The notes beneath the pieces are model-generated. The model was not told the origin of the DNA. It saw only the letters and a program-made list of their open reading frames with translations, and did not search any database. The translations under genes and the position numbers were made by a program. A stretch of DNA of 63,199 nt, counting the filler, from Choristocarpus tenellus KU-1152 (lineage: Eukaryota > Protista > Phaeophyceae): the NCBI GenBank assembly GCA_964200185.2. It is 11 parts of 11 records of this genome, joined end to end, with 100 filler letters (N's around TTAATTAATTAA, not from the genome) between each part and the next. Parts side by side here need not be neighbours in the genome. Positions count along the whole stretch, not along the records: positions 51,818 to 55,132 come from CAXNAD020020867.1; positions 55,233 to 60,455 come from CAXNAD020011447.1; positions 60,556 to 63,199 come from CAXNAD020026009.1; 8 more parts are not named here. One strand, given 5' to 3'. Of the stretch, positions 54,201 to 63,199 are shown in pieces (position 1 is the first letter of the stretch; the number at the start of each line of letters is the position of its first letter).

Positions 54201-56659
54201 GGCCATTTTTTGAATGTCGTTATCCGTTTCAATATTTTTCGAGCGGTATCCAAACGCTCGAATATCGGGAGATGGGGATAAAATTGGTTGAAACTAGAAG
54301 TAGTCATGGATGTAGGGTACGTAGATGTTGTGAGTTGGTAGGCAATATGCTAGTGCTGCTGATACATGTATCCAGTGTATGGTCATTTCAAACTTGGACG
54401 GGAGGCAGACAGGTTGTAGCGTAAAAGGTCAGCAGCCCAAATCCTGGCTATGGTCGGGTCTTGACTTAATCCGTTTTATTACTTATTTTGCTTCAGGGAC
54501 CTTTTCTCAGCATTTGCATTGAATGTTGATACTGTGGGAGATGAGAATGGATACCTGGAGGGGCAAGATAGGAGGGCATATGCGAAGAGCAAGGCAGTAA
54601 ACCCTTGCTCCCGGAAAAGAATGGCAGAAGAAGTCTCGTCCCACCAAGAATTTGAAACATATTGGACGTGACTGAGACAGATGCGTATCTCATTTGCAAC
54701 AGATGAGGGGGTAGTCTATGACACCAGGCTTTCACTGAGAGCCTTGCACATATGTTGACCACATGGGAGGATGGGCAACAGAAGTGACAAAAGCATCACA
54801 GGGACAGCCCTAACCCTATCCATGAACACCATTTTGCAGTCATATGTGACCATCCTAACTGCCAGGGTTTACTGCAGCTAGGGGTAGTACCAACTGAGGA
54901 GGGAATTAGAAGCGAGGACTGCTAAAGTGCTTTGAGTGTGGAAGGGCCCGCAACTTACTCTCATTGGATGGAACCTGTTATGGTCTGTAGTGTGCGCTCT
55001 AGGAGGTGGTGCTTGGCAAAGCACTATGCAGTCCGGTAGGTGCAGGATGTCTCACAATCACAAGAGGGGTATGGCTTGGGGAGGCTTGGACATCGATTTT
55101 CATTTACTTTTGGGTCAAAGTATCTTGGGGGGNNNNNNNNNNNNNNNNNNNNNNNNNNNNNNNNNNNNNNNNNNNNTTAATTAATTAANNNNNNNNNNNN
55201 NNNNNNNNNNNNNNNNNNNNNNNNNNNNNNNNAGCCCCTCCCCCCCCCCCAGATACTTTGGGTCAGTGCAAAGCTTGACTTGAGAGCGTTGAGTTCTCTA
55301 TTGCTTGAAAAGTTTCAACGCAACTCGGAGAATAACCTACACAGATTTGTAAAAAAAATGTCGAATTTTGCACACATTTGCGGGCATCCTTGAAATACAA
55401 CTCCGGGTACCTCTCGTTCAATTTGACTTGTTGATATTACAAATATATTAATGTAGTTGTATTCACTTCTACGTTCTCACCCATGTTTTACCCCATGCCT
55501 CCATTCCATCCATTCTAGCCCTCGCCTCTGGCATGGCAGCCTGTTGAACTATTGAGAAGTCTGCCCTGCCCCGGCCATCATCACCACTGCTACGGTTCTG
55601 CTTGGTTCTGTCCAAAGTGGTCCCTGTGGACCAAGGCTTGGTCACATATCCCCACCCCACCTCCCTCCCTCGCGACAGAGACTCTCCAGTAGGACCCCGA
55701 TGGCAAACTCCAGCTGATCCTGAGCAGTGATTTATTTCAAGAAGAAGTCCATTGGTATATAGGACTGCTGTGCCTTTGTTGGTCATGTTTGTGGTGTGAC
55801 ATACTACTCACTATGAAAAGGATGGGACAGGAAGGGATTGGAAAGTTATCTGTCCCAGGTATTCAGAGAGAATCCCCAAGGTGAGGGGGTATGGGATGTT
55901 GCGAGGTGAATAGACTCAATCGACTCAATGCAGCGCATATGGTTTCTATACATGTGTGAACATTGCTGTTTGCACATAATCTCCCTCCCTCCCTCTACAT
56001 CACTGCAGTATCATTCTACCATAACTTAATCTTGGCAATCCACAGCCATGGAAAAGGTTTTGTGAGTAAATGCAACTCAGATAACTTCAGTTAATCTTGA
56101 CAAGCCTCAAGTATTTGCTTCACTCAGACTTTCGCCTCCATGAGAGGTGCTGTAGATAATGTAATTCCATGCTATGCATGCAGGAGTTGTTGAATATTAT
56201 TATTTTTCCTGCAGTAAGTAACGATGCCTGTACACTCTCAAACGTCAGTGTTCTGGAATGCTTTGAAGACCTCACACATTGTGCAAACACTCCCCCCCCC
56301 CAGGACCACTATTCCTCATCCTCGGTGCTGAACATGTGTACTTGAATAAACCTAACCCTCACCCTGCTCACTCTCCATGGAAGTCTGACAACTCTCCCAG
56401 CAATGATGGTGCACCTATGATAGGCGCCTCCATTTGGGGATCCTTTCTTCATTCCCCCAGTATCTCCCAGTTTGTCGTAACCTTCTAACCTTACAAGACC
56501 AGCACATCTCATCAGAAACGCACAAGTCTCACAACGCCTGCAGCACACTACAAAAACGGTAGTATACACTCTAATGTTGAACGCTTCTCTTGCCGTTACA
56601 AACATTATTGCTTCTCACCACAAAAACGTTATCCATGACTTGCTCATAAGTTGAGAAGA

Positions 56660-57410
56660 GACCCAAAGCATTTGAGTGGGTAGGGGGTCTTACTATGTTT
56701 GTCCATTAGGGGCTTGGCTTAGGGTTAGGGTTTCTTCTGCCCTTTTTCGGTTATTTTTCTGTGTGAACACAGTAGAGCGGTGTCCGTTTGGGCGCCGAGA
56801 TCCAATGTTGCGATTTTGATGTAAATTTTGGCTGTTGTGTTTGTTGGGAAGTGTCAATATCCTTGTTCGGACACACCTTTTCATAATGAGATGTAATGAG
56901 ATGTAATGAGATGTAATGAGATGTAACCTCAAAACAGTCAATGAGATGTACATGTACTGCCCCGAAGGTCTGATGGGCCCTTGGAGCTCAGCAGCACTCT
57001 CCTCTCGGAATGGTTTGTCTCAAAAGGGAATTGATTGGATTGGTTGAATCGCTCTTTGTTTGTGTGTGTGTGTGTGTGTGTGTTCTGTCAAATGTACACA
57101 TTATACCTACTCTGAAACAATATAGCTGAGGGCCATAGGGCAGTCCTAATGGGAAGAAGACGGCAACCTCTGCCAGGTAGTAGCCACTGTGGTTTCAGAG
57201 TAGGTAAATTGTCGTAAGAAACCCCTGGGAAGCCAAGTCCCAAACGGACAAACAGGGCAAAACTCGTACCCTAACCCTAACATACTTCCACTCTACGGAG
57301 CAACAATATTGATACTTGCTAACAACCCGGTAGCAATAATGAATCAAAATCACAACATTGGATTTATAATTCTGAATGGACATGACCCTACCCTTTCAAA
57401 GGCTTTGGAT
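56660..57410. mobile_element. Nested family A MITEs (outer 56660-57410; inverted inner ~56772-57293, itself interrupted)
   Basis: Pieces align to the MITE consensus in opposite orientations. Confidence 0.7.
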
Positions 57411-57894
57411 AGAGGTTCCTACGTAATTACCCTAGGTAGTTTGCTCAGTGGGATGGATCAAAGCTTTGACGATTCATTATCAACAGTATATACCATATAT
57501 ATATGTATATATATATCAACAGTATATACCTTTGTTGCGAAAACCTCTTACTTGCTACGACTTGGGTCTTATTCCTATAGCAGACTGCATAGAGAACTAT
57601 CATACATGCATGAGTAGAGCTTGTCATAAGCGCTACTAAACCCTACTAAATATAGACTCAAAGGTGCGTCTCCAGTGATAATACATACCTCCAATCTTGA
57701 GGTAATGCAAACCGAAAACTAGTGCAAGAGGAAAAGTGAGATACCCTGTAGGACAGAAAGGTGAAGATGTAGATAGAAATATCAGGGAGGCGAGTTCTTA
57801 AACGACGGCTTGATCGCGACAATGAGCCAATGTAAACGAAAGGTACCCAGGCCTTGGCCACTTTACAATTTAAAGTCTTGTTTTGCGATCTCCT

Positions 57895-58170
57895 GAATCA
57901 AAGCATTTAAGAGGGTAGAGCCGCATACGTTCCGAGTCATGTATCCAATGCTTTGATATTGATGAATTTTGATATATATATATATAGCGTTTGTTAGTAA
58001 GTGTCAATATCCTTGCTCCGGATACACCTTTCATAGTCCTATACATTTTAGGGTTAGGGTTAGTGTTCGCACACAGAAAACAGAAAAAAAGGGCATACGA
58101 AACCCGTGGGAAATCAAGCTCCGAATGGACAAAAACGGCAAAGCTCCTACCCTCTTAATTGCTTTGGGTT
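57895..58170. mobile_element. MITE family A copy with the central hairpin replaced by telomeric repeats
   Basis: TIRs present; colinear with 59794-60077 except around 58048-58063. Confidence 0.85.
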
Positions 58171-58261
58171 TCTACAATTCACCCATAGTTCTATTGATGA
58201 AGTTGTAAGTTAGACTTGAGATCGTTTATGTCCCTGTTGCTTAGGAACCTTGCCGACACAA

Positions 58262-58519
58262 GAGCCAAAGTATCTTAGAGGGTAGAGCTGCGTCCATTTG
58301 GAGGTCAAAATCCAATGTTGTGATTTTGATGTAATTCTGGCTATCGTGTTTGTTAGGAAGTGTCAATATCTATGTTTCGGACACACCTTTTCATAACGAA
58401 TAATTATAACTACTCCTAAACATTTTGGAGTAGGAAAATGTCATTAAAAAAAACATGGGAAGCCAAGCCCCAAATGGACAAACAGGGCAAAACTCGTACC
58501 CTCTAAGATACTTTCACTC
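58262..58519. mobile_element. MITE family A copy with 4-bp TSD ACAA
   Basis: ACAA|GAGCCAAAGTATC...GATACTTTCACTC|ACAA. Confidence 0.92.
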
Positions 58520-58610
58520 ACAATTTGGAATATATCCTATACATTGTTTTTTTATTAATGCAACTGTGGGTACCTCTCGTTCAATTCAAAAAAATAAATG
58601 CAGATTACTT

Positions 58611-59148
58611 TGGTTCAAGCATCTTGGAGGGAAGAGCCTCGTCCATTTGGGGGACAAAAATTCAATGTTGCGATTTTGATGTAATTTTTTAGCTGTCGTG
58701 TTTGTTAGGATGTGTCAATATGAGTGAAAGTATGTTAGGGTTAGGGTACGAGTTTGGCCCTGTTTGTCCGATCGGGGCTTGACTTCCCAGGGGGTTTTAT
58801 GACACTTTCCTACTCCGAAATGTTTTGGAGTAGTTAAAGTGCATATGTTATGAAAAGGTGTGTCCGGAGCAAGGATATTGGCACTTCTTACCAAACATGG
58901 TACCCCAAAATTACAACAAAATCGGAGCATTGGATTTTGGTCCCCAAACCGAGCGACTCTACCCTCTAAGATACTTTAATTCTATCGTTGTTCTGTACAC
59001 ACCTTTCATAGCATATGCAGTTTTACCTACTCCAAAACATTTCGGAGTTGGAAAATGTCATAAAAAAAAAACATGGGAAGCCAAGCCCCAAACGGACAAA
59101 AAACGGGTAAAAAAAAACTTGTACCCTAACCCTAAGATACTTTCACCC
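58611..59148. mobile_element. MITE family A copy containing a nested inverted copy at 58722-58982
   Basis: The outer copy breaks at GTGTCAATAT and resumes at TATCGTTGTTC (TAT duplicated). Confidence 0.85.
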
Positions 59149-59793
59149 ATTAAACTCTGTGTTTTCCCAAAAGAACGCACTAACAAAACAAGAATATATA
59201 TATATATATATTCAACCTCGGTTCGTATTGATAGAGGATCCCGATCCTGACTCCTTGCCACCAGCAAGTGCCACAGTAGCTTAGTGTGTGAGATTATTAT
59301 TATTTTTATCAGGCGGAAGCGAAGTGCAGTATTGTGTCATTTTTTTTTTCTTGCATGTCCTACATTTTTTTTTCATGTGGGTTCTTCATAGCCCAGGGTT
59401 GTGTTCTCTACATACATGTCTGTTTGAGGAGATCTACGTCGCAGGTGTAGAGGTCAATAATGTGTAGATGTAGACCTCACCTGTCCAGCACCTTTGTCAA
59501 GGCCTCCACATCTTGCTTCCACAACATCAGGTACAAAAAAAATTCGTGCACAGCAAATGCAGGCACCATAACATAACATCTTCTACATGCACTTGTTCGC
59601 ACCTGCCCTGAACCTCACATCCCATCCTCCTCACTCAAGACATACCTGGTGGCCTCCGAGGTAGCCCTTGAGTTGCGGCCACACTGTCCCTGTTGACTGT
59701 GGGTCCCCTAGAGAACGAGCTAGGCTTGTCTTGGAGATGGATATCTGAGTGATTGATGGTTTCGCGTCGCCTTCACAGGATAATTTCGACAGT

Positions 59794-60077
59794 GATCCAA
59801 AGCAATTAAGAGGGTAGGGACATGTCCGTTTGGGGTCACAAATTCACTGTTGCGATTTTGATGCAGTCTTGACTATCGCGTTTCCTAGCATGTGTCAATA
59901 TTCTTGCTCTGGACAGACATTTCATAGTCGTGTACATTTTACCTACTCCAAAATTTTTCAGAGTAGGTAACTGTGTTCACAGAAAACCGGAAAAAATGGT
60001 ATAAAAAAACCCGTGGGAAGCCAAGCCCTGAATGGACAAACATGGTTAATCTCCTACCCTCTGAAATGCTTTGGATC
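59794..60077. mobile_element. MITE family A copy, flanks AGT/AGT; another copy starts at 60370 and is cut by the contig end
   Basis: GATCCAAAGCAATTAAGAGGGTAG...CTACCCTCTGAAATGCTTTGGATC. Confidence 0.88.
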
Positions 60078-60555
60078 AGTTGGTGTTGAGGTAGACGGTT
60101 CCCGTTTACCTCTGCTTCCTAAACCATCGGCTGGCTGTACCTGCTCGTACCCATCAAACCAAGGCCATTTTGTTAGGCCCAAGTTAAGGTTAGGGTGTGA
60201 ATTAGAATCAGTTGCATCAGTGGAGATGGGGATACGATATGTATGGAGATTCCAGCCTTTTCATCAGGGCTCGAGGGAAGGTTGGAGCTTGTCCAAGGCT
60301 TGAGTGGTGATTTTGAAAAGGGCTTCAGCTTGCTGACTGGCAAAGGATTCTCATGACTGATTGAGTTCTGAGCCAAAGTATCTTAGAGGGTATGGCCTCT
60401 TCCATTTGGGGTCAAAATCCAATGTTGTGAGTTTGATGTAATTTTGGCTATCGGGNNNNNNNNNNNNNNNNNNNNNNNNNNNNNNNNNNNNNNNNNNNNT
60501 TAATTAATTAANNNNNNNNNNNNNNNNNNNNNNNNNNNNNNNNNNNNNNNNNNNN

Positions 60556-61045
60556 GGGGTGGGGGTGTGGTGGTGGGGCGGGTGGGGGGGGGCGGGCGGT
60601 TTGCGGTGTGGGGTGGGCGTGGGTGGTGGTGGGGGGGGGGGGACGTGACTGGAAATCAGTGGCGAAGGGGCTTGCACTTGTTGGTCACAAGTGGTGGTAC
60701 AATGGGGAGGAGGGGAATGGGTGGAATGCAAACATAGAATAAAATAAGAATAATCCAGAATTCTTGAGCAAAACAATATGTACTTCAACGTCTCTTGCTT
60801 CAAATGACATCTGTATTTGCATGTTGAAGCTAACATTTCCTTGAAGTAAACATCGGCTTTTTTGAGCGATCCTTTCAAACCCCCCTCATTCACTTTCTCC
60901 TCTTCACTCTTCCCTGAGTGAACTTCTGAGGTATTGCTCACCCTCTTTCCTTGTCTCTCTCAATTCCCTTCCTCCTGTGGGTCTTCCTGATCCCGGTCCC
61001 CTTCAGTCTGAAGAACCTATCTGCCTGTTTCCATCTGTTTCACAC
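60556..61045. repeat. Third copy of the composite repeat, with blocks in permuted order
   Basis: 60645-60775 matches 4780-4915 and is followed by 60840-61045, which matches 3670-3873. Confidence 0.7.
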
Positions 61046-61309
61046 TCTCTACATATTATATATTACTATAACCTCTGATATTTTGCAGGTATGTCAGGGA
61101 AAAAGCCAATTCAATATCATATGGATCCCCGTAAAAGTAGCAATTGTCGTAAATGTGAGGCATCTCCCCAAAATCAATATACTATTGGACTACCAGATAT
61201 GCTACACCAGTCCCCTCCAATGCCTAAAACCTAGCTTTGCCCTACACCACAGGGCGACGAACTAGGGAAGTATCCTAAGAATCTGACAGACCCCTCCTTG
61301 CCCATATCC

Positions 61310-63159
61310 CTGGTGTCTTCAGCTTAAAACGCACCACATGTCTTGATAGAGCCACTGGTGTAGTGACGAACACTATATGTCGTAAACGGGATTTGACAGT
61401 CCCGTTCCTGTTGTAGCCTTCCACCCCTCTCCCCCCTACTGTGTGTGTAGCCAATTAATCCAGAAAACGTTCTGCTTGCTTACCGAGGCGCCCAAAACTA
61501 GCCACCATGAAAGTGTTGATGTTATAACTACGAGGGTCAAAAGAACCCTCGTAGTGGGTGCACTTTCGAGCCTCAGCTGCAGCAGCAGCAACACTATTGC
61601 TGGTGGATGAGTGTAACAAATGGGAGGCCGCTTGCGCTTCTGCAAACATAACATCTAAGAGGAGGCCTTTGTCCCGATAGGAACCTGATCCGGCGTCCAT
61701 AAGCGCCCCAGCATGGAAGACCACATCCGTACGGAAATTCCTGTCCACTGTGAATGGGCTACCGTTCTCCATAGTGCAAGGGATGCTCATTCCTTTGCAA
61801 AGTTGACCTAGACACTTCACCATCGGCGTGTGATGGCGGACCTTTCCCCCTGCCCTAGGGTAGGTACGAGCATGTTGGGTGTCCACATTATGCCTCTTGC
61901 ACCCAGCCACTAGGCACCTGTTGGATAGGGCCTCCTCGCTTCCTAGGGATCTTCTGGCAGTGAGTCTAAACTCTATGGGAGGGATCTGGCAAGCTGGTTC
62001 CAGCGATTGTGTGGAGGCCCATGTATTGGCCCCTTGTCCACACTGACGCCAGTGGCGGGCAAGGGCTATCGAGGAACTTTCCCTCCCTTGTTCTGCATTG
62101 TCTGGTAGGTTGACCAATTGTGTCCAGAAAGATCCAAAGCATATCCTGTTCAGGAGGCGGGTAATCTCGTGTTGTGCCCTCCTTGTGATTCTGATATCAT
62201 GGGCTGCCAGAGTGTGGACCTCTGGGGCAGGTGTAGGGGTTGCTGTTCCCCCCCAGGCTACCCAGCCTTGGGCAATAATTTCTGCCAAGTCTGTTGAAGG
62301 GACTCTTGTCGAGAGGAGAGTGTGGATGGATGATCCCAGGTCACTTACTGTGGGGCTCACGCAGATGGGTTGTGAGAAAGACTTTCCACGAAACCCTTGT
62401 TGCCTTGCTAAAAGGGTGTGGAGAGTGGGCACCAGTGATCCTACAAAGGCTGCATTCTGGCGAATCTTCATGGAGGATAGGTCCAACCCCCCCGAACTTG
62501 TGGGCATCTGTGCCTGTACTTGTTGGTATGTCTTCATGCAGAGAGACGCATTTTCACACACTCCTTCAAAGAAGTCAGTGGCCCCCGTTGAGTCTGCTAC
62601 CTCCTTTATCATCTCCAGCGTCCACAGTGAGGTGTTGTCTGCTTGTTATATGGTGGAGCGTGCCAGGTGGGGGGGAGTGACTCTTACCAAATAGCCTAAG
62701 CGGGAAGAGAGGGGCCAGGAGTTGAGGAGCCAGGCAACTTGTTTCTCCTCCATCTCGCTCGGGTGCATCGCCAGCGTTCGTGACCCTGAGTTCTGAGTGG
62801 AAGTATCCTAGAGGGTAGAGCCGGTTCCGTTTGGGGGCCAAAATCCAATGTTTCGATTTTGATGTAATTTTGGCTATCGTGTTCGTTAGGAAGTGTCAAT
62901 ATTCTTGTTCCGAACACACCTTTTAATAATACACACATTCCACCTACTCCGAAACATTTCGGAGTAGGGAAATGCCATGAAAAAACGTGGGAAGCCAAGC
63001 CCCAAATGGACAAACAGGGCAAAACTCATACCCTCTAAGATACTTGAACTCTTCTCGATCCCCTCAGTCATGTGGGCTTGGATTAATTCATCTGTCCCCA
63101 CTGGAGCCCCTTGTGTAACAAAACCATTTGGGTCTGGGACCAGGTTGATTCCCACTGCT
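61310..63159 (-). mobile_element. Degenerate CRE-like non-LTR retrotransposon with C-terminal restriction-like endonuclease, split by MITEs
   Basis: GAPVGTDE (post-RT), QAQMPTSSGGLDL, zinc-knuckle remnant CLVAGC...DTQHART, RHH, FRTDVV...LLLDV...K..HY...VASFGRLG (PD-(D/E)xK RLE). Removing the MITE at 62795-63051 restores the frame. Confidence 0.85.
62795..63051. mobile_element. MITE family A copy with 4-bp TSD TTCT
   Basis: TTCT|GAGTGGAAGTATCC...GATACTTGAACTC|TTCT. Confidence 0.92.
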
Positions 63160-63199
63160 GGGTCAAAGTATCTGGTGGGGGGTGGGTGGTTTGTGAGGG

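Noticed and set aside
62098-62694. Plus-strand 198-aa ORF, and similar antisense ORFs over the carbamoyltransferase, Gypsy and WD40 regions
   Set aside because: Shadow ORFs opposite true coding sequence.

Overview
The window is not contiguous. It is 11 short contigs joined by artificial 100-bp N/TTAATTAATTAA spacers (contigs 1-10009, 10110-14021, 14122-18781, 18882-21956, 22057-27592, 27693-30649, 30750-42852, 42953-51717, 51818-55132, 55233-60455, 60556-63199). The DNA is intron-rich, repeat-rich eukaryotic nuclear sequence. Bipartite plastid presequences, a flagellar radial-spoke gene and Ectocarpus-like retrotransposons point to a photosynthetic stramenopile, most likely a brown alga (inference). 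Seven mostly partial spliced genes were reconstructed by hand: a plastid-targeted NodU/CmcH-type carbamoyltransferase, a Tat-targeted thylakoid-lumen protein, RSP3, an unknown Pro/Ser-rich protein, a TKL kinase, a plastid NAD(P)-binding atypical SDR, and a WD40 protein with PCNA-binding-like motifs. Mobile DNA includes a decayed RTE-like LINE, a Ty3/Gypsy element, a CRE-like RLE retrotransposon, a DD39D mariner/Stowaway-type foldback, and two related TIR MITE families (about 14 and 7 copies) that insert into the other elements and into themselves. The most unusual signal is short telomeric (TTAGGG)2-3 tracts. In aligned MITE paralogues they replace near-cognate sequence or an internal hairpin at three different positions, which suggests telomerase-templated repair at interstitial sites.
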